Of a DNA stretch of 64,000 nt, positions 1 to 8,327 are shown one piece after another. A program made the position numbers and the translations under genes. The notes beneath the pieces were generated by a model that was not told where the DNA came from, made no database searches, and saw only the letters and a program-made list of their open reading frames with translations. Source of the stretch: a bacterium (GTDB lineage Bacteria; Electryoneota; Electryoneia; Electryoneales; Electryoneaceae); contig CAXXKJ010000002.1 of the NCBI GenBank assembly GCA_963675295.2, positions 2,464,001 to 2,528,000 on the forward strand, in the 5' to 3' direction. Numbering within the stretch: the first letter of the stretch is position 1; each line of letters starts with the position of its first letter.

Positions 1-2
1 TG

Positions 3-248
3 AGTGTCAACAGCAAGCTGATCATCTTCCAGGCGTTCTACAATTCGGAGAAGGACGACCTGGAAGGCCTCGAGAACGAGGATTACTGGCAGTCGCCGGA
101 CATCGACTGGGAGACGGTGTTCACCGCGAACATCACTAAGGTGATCATGGTCAACCTGACGACCCGTCTGCTGTACGACAAGGAAATCGACAAGGGCGGC
201 CGGTTCAAGGAAACGCTGGCGGTTGGTGTTACCTACACGTTGTTCTGA
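3..248 (+). CDS. C-terminal fragment of an outer-membrane beta-barrel protein (DUF3078-like), truncated by the window edge
   Basis: Frame-3 translation ...DIDWETVFTANITKVIMVNLTTRLLYDKEIDKGGRFKETLAVGVTYTLF*; alternating beta pattern and terminal Phe. Confidence 0.7.
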   Translation, partial: SVNSKLIIFQAFYNSEKDDLEGLENEDYWQSPDIDWETVFTANITKVIMVNLTTRLLYDKEIDKGGRFKETLAVGVTYTLF

Positions 249-273
249 TCCCGAACAGCTAGTTAATGCTGTC

Positions 274-301
274 AAAGCCCACTCATCCGAGTGGGCTTTT
301 T
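274..301. terminator. Intrinsic terminator between convergent genes
   Basis: aaagcccactc-atcc-gagtgggcttttt hairpin with A/T tails on both sides. Confidence 0.8.
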
Positions 302-333
302 GCGTATTCATCGTCTTGGAACGAGGTTCGGCG

Positions 334-2862
334 CTATCTCAGCAGCAGGACTTTTTGGACGTCGCTGCCAGTTCGATTCATAGTTGCCTGAATGAAATAC
401 AGACCACTTGCGTACTGCGAAGCATCCCAGCTCAGGGTGTGCGATCCCGTGTTGAGATGATCGTCCACCAGTGTAGCGACTTCACGTCCGAGTACATCGA
501 ATACCCGCACCTCGACCCGGGCTGTTTCCGGAAGGTGCAGTGTAACGCTGGTTGTCGAGTTGAACGGATTCGGCTGAGCTGCGGACAAATGAAGGCTACC
601 TGCAACCTCAGCGGTGTCCTCGCGGCCTGCTCCTTCCGACCCTCGCAGTGCTTCGAAACCGGTCAATGTCCACTCGTGGAAACCAGCATGACTGTCCCTG
701 GCGGCGGTTACCTCAAAGGGGAACTCATCTGTCCCCGCGATGTAATCGTAGAACTGTCCGGCGCATAGGTGGTAATTGTACTCACCGACTGGGGCATTCA
801 TCGGGATGGTTTGCTGGAGATCACTTGCGCCGATGATGGTTCCTGGTCCCATCAGTCGTGTGAGGAGAGTGATCGGCCCGTACAGATTCCCATTGGGTAG
901 TTCAACCCAGGTCCAGATATCGATACGATAGGGGGAGGGCAGGTAGCTGACCAACTGGGCGTCGTAGCTAAAACTTCCCCCGCGCGGTACGGTCACGGGT
1001 TCGTCGGTATCCAACGAAACACTGATCCAGCCCAGATCCATGCCATCAAAACAATTGTAGATATCGAATGATATCGAATTGGTCACGAATGCGAAATTAT
1101 TGTTGAGTGCGACGCCGAGTGAGGCTAAGTCGCGGTTGTAAAATCCTGTTTCAACCGGGTTTGTGGGATCGCTGATATCCAGCATGCGCATCCCGTTGAA
1201 GCTGTTGGCGAGGCAGACATAATGCTGGAAGACGGACAGGTCATTAATCACCTCGTCGGAAGCCGTGGTGGAAACCAGAACCGGTGCGCCTGGGTCGCTG
1301 ATGTCAACCACGCACATACCCAATGCGTCGTCGCACAAGTACGCATAACCGTTCTGAACTTCGATCGTTCGCGTCTGGGATAGATCCGGCAGGGTTCCGA
1401 CCAGTATCAGTTCTTCCGGATCGGACACGTCGTAGACTTCGAGACCTTCCGGGTCACAAGCCATGTACAGGTAGGGCATGTCAATCGCAATGTCTGAACC
1501 GTCCCCGGTCTCAGTCATTGAGATGAAGCTGGGGTAGAGTGGGTTGACAAGATCGTAGATTCTTAATTCGTCCCCGCCGAGCTTGACGTAAATGTATCCG
1601 TCCACGATCTCAACAGACACTGGTAAGATCTGGCCGAACAGGTTGACGACTTCAGGATGCTCAGGATCATGCAGACTGATGATCGCGACGCCGTCCCGGT
1701 CAGGGACGTACGCATACCCCTCGTGGAGTGCAATCGAATGGCCATGATAGTCGATGTAACAGGAACCGACCGTAACCGGATGCGACAAATCGCTGATATC
1801 GACGATCCGGAATGAATCCCAGAAATCGATCAGATAAGCGAACTGGCCGTCCAGGACGACATTCGTGAGTTGAGTTACAGAACCGTACCGACCAGTCTCA
1901 ACAGGCTCGGTCGGGTCGGATACGTCAATGGTCATTAATCCGTTTTGCTGCGTCGTGATGTAAGCCGATTCGCCTTCCACCGACACGTCACGGATATGGT
2001 CCTCAGAGGCAAACTGTCCGATTTGCGTCGGATCGGCTGGATCGCTGATGTCAATGATATTCATCCAGCCGTTTGAAGTTCCGGAAACAAAGGCATAGTC
2101 GCCGGATACCGCCATGGCGCGCACAAAACCAGAGTTTTCATCCCCAACCTCAAGCGGAGCAGATGGATCGGTCACGTCATACACGTGAAAGCCCGGTGAG
2201 GAACTGCCAACATAAACGTAGTTATCCCGGGCGACGACGGCGTAAAGCAGGCCGAACTGATCTGCGGATCCAAGCAGGGCAGGGTTGGCCGGATCGCTTT
2301 GAACGTCGAGGATATTGAACGTGCGCAGGGATGTGAAATACAGCAGCCCACTCTGCAGATCCATGCCGAGGCTGGTATAATCGACCTGGTAGGATCCCAG
2401 CAGGGTCAGTGATACCGGATCACTGATGTTGATCACCAGGATTTCACCGTTGTCGCAACCGGCGCATGCGAGCTGTGCATCAACCGTGACAGACATGACG
2501 CGGTCGGGAGTGTCGAGGTAGCTGGTTACATAAGGAGTAGTGGGATCGCTTACATCAATCATCCAGAACCGGTTCTGATTATCGCCGACACAGGCGTAAT
2601 CGCCCTGCAGATCCAGCACGTAGGCGTCCAGCGTCTCGGTGCATCGCCCGACTTCATAGGGTGCTGTGGGATTTCTGAGGTCGACGATACACAATCCAGA
2701 AGTTCTGGTCGTGATGTAGGCGAGGCTGTCACGGACAATCACGTCCTGAGTGTTATCCCATTCGTCGTAAAGGGTGCTGACGAGGGAGACGTTGAGGCTG
2801 TCCTGTGCAAGGACGGGCGCAGAAAGCAATATGCAGAAAAGGCAGATGGCAACGAATCTCAT
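334..2862 (-). CDS. Secreted LVIVD-repeat (beta-propeller) protein with T9SS type A C-terminal sorting domain
   Basis: Signal peptide MRFVAICLFCILLSAPVLAQ; many xIxDVSDPxxP repeats; C-terminal QPNPFNSTT...VFDVLGREV...SGLYF...KVLLLR. Start chosen at ATG 2862 (ORF track extends to 2898). Confidence 0.85.
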   Translation of the reverse strand: MRFVAICLFCILLSAPVLAQDSLNVSLVSTLYDEWDNTQDVIVRDSLAYITTRTSGLCIVDLRNPTAPYEVGRCTETLDAYVLDLQGDYACVGDNQNRFWMIDVSDPTTPYVTSYLDTPDRVMSVTVDAQLACAGCDNGEILVINISDPVSLTLLGSYQVDYTSLGMDLQSGLLYFTSLRTFNILDVQSDPANPALLGSADQFGLLYAVVARDNYVYVGSSSPGFHVYDVTDPSAPLEVGDENSGFVRAMAVSGDYAFVSGTSNGWMNIIDISDPADPTQIGQFASEDHIRDVSVEGESAYITTQQNGLMTIDVSDPTEPVETGRYGSVTQLTNVVLDGQFAYLIDFWDSFRIVDISDLSHPVTVGSCYIDYHGHSIALHEGYAYVPDRDGVAIISLHDPEHPEVVNLFGQILPVSVEIVDGYIYVKLGGDELRIYDLVNPLYPSFISMTETGDGSDIAIDMPYLYMACDPEGLEVYDVSDPEELILVGTLPDLSQTRTIEVQNGYAYLCDDALGMCVVDISDPGAPVLVSTTASDEVINDLSVFQHYVCLANSFNGMRMLDISDPTNPVETGFYNRDLASLGVALNNNFAFVTNSISFDIYNCFDGMDLGWISVSLDTDEPVTVPRGGSFSYDAQLVSYLPSPYRIDIWTWVELPNGNLYGPITLLTRLMGPGTIIGASDLQQTIPMNAPVGEYNYHLCAGQFYDYIAGTDEFPFEVTAARDSHAGFHEWTLTGFEALRGSEGAGREDTAEVAGSLHLSAAQPNPFNSTTSVTLHLPETARVEVRVFDVLGREVATLVDDHLNTGSHTLSWDASQYASGLYFIQATMNRTGSDVQKVLLLR

Positions 2863-3002
2863 GATATCCCCCATTTGAGCCGTTTCAGCCAAGTGCATTA
2901 GTACAAAGTAAGGAACAGAAATGTGCAGGTGGTCAGGAAGGATCGATTTATTTGAATCTGGATGCTGGAATGTTGAAAGGAAGGGAAGCGCGGGGAAACG
3001 AG

Positions 3003-3035
3003 AAAGGAATCCGCCTAAATTGGCGGATTCCTTTT
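3003..3035 (-). terminator. Terminator downstream of tRNA-Pro
   Basis: aaaggaatccgcc-taaatt-ggcggattcctttt inverted repeat directly after the tRNA CCA end. Confidence 0.85.
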
Positions 3036-3038
3036 GAA

Positions 3039-3115
3039 TGGTCGGGGTGACTGGATTTGAACCAGCGACCCCCTACTCCCGAAGCAGGTGCGCTACCGGG
3101 CTGCGCTACACCCCG
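3039..3115 (-). tRNA. tRNA-Pro (anticodon CGG)
   Basis: Minus strand CGGGGTGTAGCGCAGCCCGGTAGCGCACCTGCTTCGGGAGTAGGGGGTCGCTGGTTCAAATCCAGTCACCCCGACCA; 77 nt, TTC T-loop, encoded CCA. Confidence 0.97.
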
Positions 3116-3145
3116 ACTCATCTGCCCGTTTTCCGGGCGGCTTTA

Positions 3146-3174
3146 ATTATAGACTCCTCGACCGGCTCTGTCAA
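3146..3174 (-). promoter_or_regulatory. Consensus sigma70 promoter of tRNA-Pro
   Basis: Minus strand TTGACA-17 nt-TATAAT, a perfect consensus ~30 nt upstream of the tRNA. Confidence 0.9.
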
Positions 3175-3236
3175 TGCCGTTTCTCCCCGCAAGAGACACC
3201 ATCTAAGACGACCCGCAACCCGTGAAAATCAGGGCA

Positions 3237-3269
3237 TAAAAAGAGGAAACCGGCCGGAGGCCGGTTTCC
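3237..3269 (-). terminator. Intrinsic terminator (minus strand) upstream of the tRNA promoter
   Basis: ggaaaccggcc-gga-ggccggtttcc 11-bp stem followed on the minus strand by tcttttt. Confidence 0.8.
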
Positions 3270-3318
3270 CTGGCATGGGGACAGCGTTAAGGGGATTACG
3301 CTGTATAGGGGTCGTAGT

Positions 3319-3622
3319 AAAAAAGAGCCGGTGAACTCACGGAAACCGTTGGGATAGGAATCACCGGCTCTTCAGCCTGAACCCGTGCGAGTGAACCGTG
3401 CAAATCAAATGCGCCCATCGTCGGACAGCAGTCAGTCGTCAAATCATGGGAGAAGATGCTCGTCAGCAGTGCAAGGTGGCCCGTGCAGGAATCAGTGCGT
3501 GTCAACCGTACAGTGTTCAGTGCGTGTTAACCGCTCAGGTAACCGTGCGTGTAAGCAGTAGCGTCTCGCCGATGGATGCTGTGAAAGAACCAAACCGTAA
3601 CTCGTGCAACTCAGGGTTCACT
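3319..3622 (-). ncRNA. Candidate sigma54-dependent repeat-motif sRNA (~300 nt)
   Basis: Sigma54 promoter at 3632-3647; terminator-like stem 3323-3372 plus U6; repeated ACGGUU and GCAC(G/U) motifs; no credible ORF. Confidence 0.6.
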
Positions 3623-3631
3623 CGTACACGC

Positions 3632-3647
3632 TGCAATTCATATGCCA
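3632..3647 (-). promoter_or_regulatory. sigma54 (RpoN) -24/-12 promoter
   Basis: Minus strand TGGCATATGAATTGCA = TGGCA-N6-TTGCA, with exact GG-N10-GC spacing. Confidence 0.75.
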
Positions 3648-3857
3648 TCGACTCAAAATCGGACATCCGGGTGGGGTATTTCGGGGCGAAACGTGAAGCA
3701 AATGTCAGTCCAGAATGTTAGCGTCGTGTTAAGAGGCCGTCCTGATTAAGGGATACAGCCAAATTCACAAGCTGTGGCGCGAAGGAGCCGCTCTGGCTCT
3801 CGGGGGACTGAAGCGGGCAGTCATTCTCACAGGCAACGGGATCTGACCGTGAATCTC

Positions 3858-3892
3858 GTGCATATCGTGCACAGCGCGCGCAAAAAATGCAC
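3858..3892. promoter_or_regulatory. Tandem palindromic sites, putative enhancer (UAS) for a bEBP
   Basis: GTGCA-tatcg-TGCAC (3858-3872) and GCGCA-aaaaa-TGCAC (3878-3892), 20 bp apart, ~240-270 bp upstream of the predicted sigma54 TSS. Confidence 0.55.
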
Positions 3893-3909
3893 GCGATGCG
3901 TCCGAGGCG

Positions 3910-6210
3910 CTAGAACTCAGCACTGACGCCAATTGAGGGCAGCAGGCCGATGGATTCGTCCACGATTGCCCGGTTTTCGCGTTCATCCCAGCGCGGAGCT
4001 CGTTCGTAGGGATTCTGATACACGTTCTGAACGTCAACGTACGCGATCAGGGTCCAACGATCAAAGAACCAGCGGCGGTCAACGCGCACGTCCAGGCTGT
4101 GGTTGATGCCGGTACGTTCGGTGTTGAACTTGGCAGGATCCTGGCTGCCGTCCGGCTCGAACGGGGTGTACGGCGACCCGGTGGCAAGGCGGAACTTGAA
4201 GGAGGTTTCCCAGTGGTTGCTGAAGATGAAGCCGCCGCCAATGTTGAACAGCCAGCGCTGATCGAACGAAGATGGGCGTTCGATCCCGTCCAGCGCGGTG
4301 AAGTAGGTTTCACTCCACGTCAGGCTGGCGATCGCGTAATGCGGATTGTCGCCGGCCCGTTTTTGCGCGAACAGCTCGACACCGCGTGACCAGCCTTCAC
4401 CCGCGCTGACCAACCTGTCGAATCCATACGCCGCGAAACCGTCCTGCGTGCCGCTGTAGCCCGCGCCGGTACTGGCGAGCACCAGCCATGGACGGTCCAG
4501 ACTCGCTGGATAGTTAAAGTAGTCCTTGTAGAATCCTTCGACGCTGACTTTGACATCACTGCGCAACAGGTAATCGACTCCGGCGACCAGTTGGTCGGCA
4601 CCGATCTGCTCCAGCTGCGTGTTCGCCGGTTCGCTGAGCCAGACATAGCTCGGTGCCTGGTGGTAGCGTCCGACGGACAGAGTCAGGTTGCTGCGTGTGG
4701 TCAGCGGATAGAGAGCGGACAGGCGAGGTGAAAACGCGAATCCGTCATCGAGCAGGTCGAAGTAGTCGGCGCGGACACCGCCGGTCAGCCGCAACAGCCC
4801 GAACCGGCGTTCGATCTCGGCGTACGCGGCGGACTTGAATGACGACTGCTGGTACGCTCGGTCAAGGTCCAGCGAACCGCCGTAGGTGTCGTCATAATCG
4901 GGCAGGTCGACGTTGACATCGACAGCGGCGAAGGTTTGCTGAACGCCGGTGGTCAGGCGTGTGTCGTCATCCAGGTCGACCACGACTTCGCCGGTGACCG
5001 TGGTTTCCTGCTCGCGGGAATCGTTGCTGAAGATTTCGGCCAGCAACGTATCGCGCTGAGTGATCTGAAAGTCCTGCAGCGAATGGCTCAGTCCGACGGT
5101 CGAATAGCCCCAGTCGAAGAAGTGCTGCCATTTGAGCCCGCCGAGGGACAGGATCTGGTCGGATTCCGGGACACGGGAATTGTCGTAACGCTGATCGGCG
5201 TCGTCGTTGAGCAGGACGACGTTGTCGAGCGCGGCGATGCCGAGCACGGTAATGCGGTCACGATCGGTCAGTTGATAATCGGTACGCGCGAGGAAGTCCC
5301 AGTATTCCGGCACGAAGGCGAAGCCGGCGGACTTGAAGATGAAATCAAGATAGCTGCGTCGGGCGGAGAAGATGAACGATCCGCGGTCGCCGTCCACCGG
5401 CCCCTCAAGGTTGAGGCCGAACTGGGACGCAGAGATGGTCGCCTTGCCGCCGATGCGGTCGTCACGGCCCTCTCGCAGATCTACCCGCAGTACGCTAGAC
5501 AGCTTATCGCCGTATTCCACGCCGAACCCGCCGGTGGAGAAGGTGGTTTCCTCGATGAAGTCAAGGTTGATAAAGCTCTGCGGGCCGCCGGTTGCACCCT
5601 GGGACCCGTAGTGGTTGATGTTCGGGATTGGGAAGCCGTCCACGATGAACAGGTTTTCGCTCGGCGCTCCGCCGCGCACGATCAGATCGTTCCGTCCCGG
5701 TGAAACCTGCGCGATGCCGGGCAGGATCGAGATTGCGCGGACCACGTCTTCAAAGCCACCAGGCAGACGGCGGATCTCTTCATTGCCCTGTACCACGGTG
5801 CTGATCTGGGTTTCGTCACGTGAAGAGAAGAATCCGGGGGTGAAGGTGACCGTTTCCAGCTCGACGGCGGATGGTTCCAGTTGCACATCGAGTTTGATCG
5901 GACGCGCCGACGAGATCGAGATGTCGGTTTCCACGACCTGCGCGAACCCGACGGCGGAAAACTGGATCGCGTAGACGCCGGGCGGCACGTTGGCCAACTG
6001 GTAGTTGCCATCGAGATCGGAGGCAGTCCCGCGTTCCGTTCCGAGGATCAGGACGTTGGCGCCGGCAATCGGCTCGTTGGTCTTGGCGTCCGTGATGGTG
6101 CCGTGTATCTCACCGGACGGCTGGGCGTGGCCCAGACCGGTGAACCCGGCCAGTAGCAGTGCAAGGAAGACAGGAAAGCGTACGAACGCAGTTGCGAATC
6201 GGGTGTTCAT
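3910..6210 (-). CDS. TonB-dependent receptor with N-terminal carboxypeptidase-regulatory-like domain
   Basis: Signal peptide; GTITDAKTNEPIAGANV; plug motif VRGGAPSENLFIVDG; C-terminal IGVSAEF. Start at ATG 6210 (track 6252). Confidence 0.9.
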   Translation of the reverse strand: MNTRFATAFVRFPVFLALLLAGFTGLGHAQPSGEIHGTITDAKTNEPIAGANVLILGTERGTASDLDGNYQLANVPPGVYAIQFSAVGFAQVVETDISISSARPIKLDVQLEPSAVELETVTFTPGFFSSRDETQISTVVQGNEEIRRLPGGFEDVVRAISILPGIAQVSPGRNDLIVRGGAPSENLFIVDGFPIPNINHYGSQGATGGPQSFINLDFIEETTFSTGGFGVEYGDKLSSVLRVDLREGRDDRIGGKATISASQFGLNLEGPVDGDRGSFIFSARRSYLDFIFKSAGFAFVPEYWDFLARTDYQLTDRDRITVLGIAALDNVVLLNDDADQRYDNSRVPESDQILSLGGLKWQHFFDWGYSTVGLSHSLQDFQITQRDTLLAEIFSNDSREQETTVTGEVVVDLDDDTRLTTGVQQTFAAVDVNVDLPDYDDTYGGSLDLDRAYQQSSFKSAAYAEIERRFGLLRLTGGVRADYFDLLDDGFAFSPRLSALYPLTTRSNLTLSVGRYHQAPSYVWLSEPANTQLEQIGADQLVAGVDYLLRSDVKVSVEGFYKDYFNYPASLDRPWLVLASTGAGYSGTQDGFAAYGFDRLVSAGEGWSRGVELFAQKRAGDNPHYAIASLTWSETYFTALDGIERPSSFDQRWLFNIGGGFIFSNHWETSFKFRLATGSPYTPFEPDGSQDPAKFNTERTGINHSLDVRVDRRWFFDRWTLIAYVDVQNVYQNPYERAPRWDERENRAIVDESIGLLPSIGVSAEF

Positions 6211-6287
6211 ATCGTCTCTGATCGGTGAACGGTCGTAGAATAACTGTTTCATTTAGACGCAGATGCCGGTCAGAAGTTGCCTCGAAA

Positions 6288-7166
6288 TTATCCGATACGG
6301 AATGGCGTGGAGACCGTGCCCTCGAACACCTTCACCGCTTCGCCCTCGAGGATCGCGTATTCCCAGTCCTTGCCGATGGTAACCGCGAGCATGCCGCCCG
6401 GCATGCGGACGGTGACCGGTTCATCGTACGGGAACATGTTCTGCGCTACCGCGGCTCCAACGGCGGCGATGGCGCCGCTACCGCAGGCGAGGGTCGGGCC
6501 GACACCGCGTTCATAGACGACGAGTGCGAGTGTGTCCTCGGCTTCACGGCGCGCAAAACCGACATTCACGCCTTCGGGGAAGATGTCCGTGTGGATCGCC
6601 ATGCGGCTTCCGATCTCGTGAACGTCTTCACCTTCCCACATCTCTGTGTTGAAGAGGACGAAATGCGGATTGCCGACTCCGACGGCGGTGCCATAGAACG
6701 GTTCGGCGAGGCCCGGCACGGAGACAGGCACGTGAATCGTCTTTGCGCCACCCTTGAACTGTGCGTCTTTCGGATCGAAAGAAGGGACCGGCATCGAGAT
6801 CTGGATGCGGTCGTTTTCGACGAATCGTGCCGCGACGATCCCCGCGCCGGTGAGGATGTTGACGCTGTCGGCGTCCTGGATCGGTTCGCCCAGGTCGGCG
6901 AGGTAGCGCATCAGGCAGCGCAGGCCGTTACCACACATCTCAGCGGGGGAACCGTCTGCGTTGAAATAGCCCATGCGGTAGTCGGCGCTACCGGAGTCGC
7001 GCACGGCGACGATGAGGCCGTCCGCGCCGATGCCGTGGTGACGGGTGCACAGGGATGCGATGGTGTCGCTGTCCAGCGCGGACCAGATTCGACGGTCGTC
7101 ATCGAGGTTGTTCACCATGATGAAGTCGTTTCCGGCGCCGTGATATTTGAAAAAGGATAAAGTCAT
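6288..7166 (-). CDS. dapF: Diaminopimelate epimerase
   Basis: FFKYHGAGNDF, GIGADG, EMCGNG, GNPH, ERGVGPTLACGSG motifs; start at ATG 7166 preferred over 7214. Confidence 0.95.
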   Translation of the reverse strand: MTLSFFKYHGAGNDFIMVNNLDDDRRIWSALDSDTIASLCTRHHGIGADGLIVAVRDSGSADYRMGYFNADGSPAEMCGNGLRCLMRYLADLGEPIQDADSVNILTGAGIVAARFVENDRIQISMPVPSFDPKDAQFKGGAKTIHVPVSVPGLAEPFYGTAVGVGNPHFVLFNTEMWEGEDVHEIGSRMAIHTDIFPEGVNVGFARREAEDTLALVVYERGVGPTLACGSGAIAAVGAAVAQNMFPYDEPVTVRMPGGMLAVTIGKDWEYAILEGEAVKVFEGTVSTPFRIG

Positions 7167-7172
7167 GAAATC

Positions 7173-7318
7173 GGGCTCTGGGCTTGGGGCTCGGGGGCTC
7201 TTGGTTTTGGCCATAGGCGACAGACTATGGGCTGCAGGCTATGGGAACTGATTACTGACAACTGCACAGTGAATACGGATCGCTACCAACTGTTCACTGA
7301 CAACTGAGCACTGGCAAC
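7173..7318. repeat. Stacked degenerate heptamer tandem arrays (three unit types)
   Basis: gggctcn x4 (7173-7200); ctatggg-like x5 (7211-7245); (a/c/t)actgnn x10 in register (7246-7318). Confidence 0.8.
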
Positions 7319-7331
7319 ATACCGATTTCCA

Positions 7332-8156
7332 TCATTCCGGTTGCCGCCAACCGCCGGAGACGTCGAGCACCGCGCCGGTCACGTAGGATGACGCGGGCGA
7401 CAGCAGGTACAGGATCGCGTCGGCGATATCTTCGTAGCTGCCGTGGACGCCAAGTGGATGATCGGAACTGGCGTTGGTTTCACGCGCGGTATCGCGATCA
7501 ATATCCTTGTGCACGATGTGGCCGGGCGCGATCACGTTGACGGTAATGCCGTGCTTGACTTCTTCAAGGGCCAGCGTGCGAGCGAGCGCAACGAGGCCGG
7601 CTTTTGCGGCAAGGTGCGGGCCGTGGTCGACCATCGGCGTCGTGTACTGTGCGCCAGCCATGGCCATGCCGATGATCCGTCCACCCTTGCGGGCGAGGCG
7701 GAGGTCCGGCAGGGCGGCTTGAACGCACTCGAAGAAACTGGTCAGGTTGCCGTGCAGCATCGAGTCAAATTCAGCACGCGAATGCTTGCTGATGGGTTTC
7801 CTCACATAGGGTCCGGCGAGATGCAGCAGGCCGTGCACATTGCCGAGGGAGGCGTGAATCCGGGCGACGGCGTCCGAGGCGACATTTTTCTTGCTCAGGT
7901 CGCCGTGGGTGACCAGCGCGGACCCGCCGGCATCGCGGATTTCGTCCACCAGCTTTTCCGCCAGCTTGACGTTCTTGTTCGCGTGCAGGGCGAACTTGAG
8001 GCCGGTAGCTTCATGCAGTTTGCGGCAGATTCCGGGCCCGAGGCCGCCGGAGGCTCCGGTGACCCAGAGGACTCGTCCCTCGAGGCTCGTCAATCCGAAC
8101 GGGTCAGTGTCCGACATCGGCGAACCCGTCGGTCGTCGTATCGCTTTCTTAACCAT
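7332..8156 (-). CDS. SDR family oxidoreductase (atypical active site)
   Basis: TGASGGLG Rossmann motif, ITVNVIAPG, YVTGAVLDVSGG; HLAAK in place of YxxxK; start could be 8117. Confidence 0.9.
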   Translation of the reverse strand: MVKKAIRRPTGSPMSDTDPFGLTSLEGRVLWVTGASGGLGPGICRKLHEATGLKFALHANKNVKLAEKLVDEIRDAGGSALVTHGDLSKKNVASDAVARIHASLGNVHGLLHLAGPYVRKPISKHSRAEFDSMLHGNLTSFFECVQAALPDLRLARKGGRIIGMAMAGAQYTTPMVDHGPHLAAKAGLVALARTLALEEVKHGITVNVIAPGHIVHKDIDRDTARETNASSDHPLGVHGSYEDIADAILYLLSPASSYVTGAVLDVSGGWRQPE

Positions 8157-8327
8157 GCACGGAGAGTACGTAGTTTCCCGGCGTACGGCAAGGGGAATGT
8201 GAAATTTCCGTAACCGCTCTCAGGAGTCGAACTTGCCCGCTCGATCTGGTGACCCGATATTCCGCTCATCGTGAGCGGGACGCTCGTTCACATTCCCTCC
8301 CCGACAATTCAGCAGAATGAGGTTTTC

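Noticed and set aside
3039-3115. tRNA as an integration site for an island
   Set aside because: No integrase and no duplicated tRNA 3' end seen in the window
3161-3169. accggctct shared between the tRNA promoter spacer and the 3361-3372 stem
   Set aside because: A 9-bp match is compatible with chance and has no further support
3038-3334. 98-aa ORF MVGVTGFEPATP...
   Set aside because: Classic shadow translation of the tRNA antisense strand
3492-3552. Possible mini-CRISPR from the 17-bp direct repeats
   Set aside because: Repeats too short, spacers only about 8 nt, no cas genes
3296-3721. Short ORFs 3296-3505 (-) and 3398-3721 (+)
   Set aside because: Non-ATG starts, no SD, no recognisable protein features; the minus ORF runs through a terminator-like stem. 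An ncRNA explains the region better.
7167-7214. N-terminal extension of DapF (MAKTKSPRAPSPEPDF)
   Set aside because: It is the translation of the heptamer array; homology starts at MTLSFFKYHG, though the upstream start cannot be fully excluded
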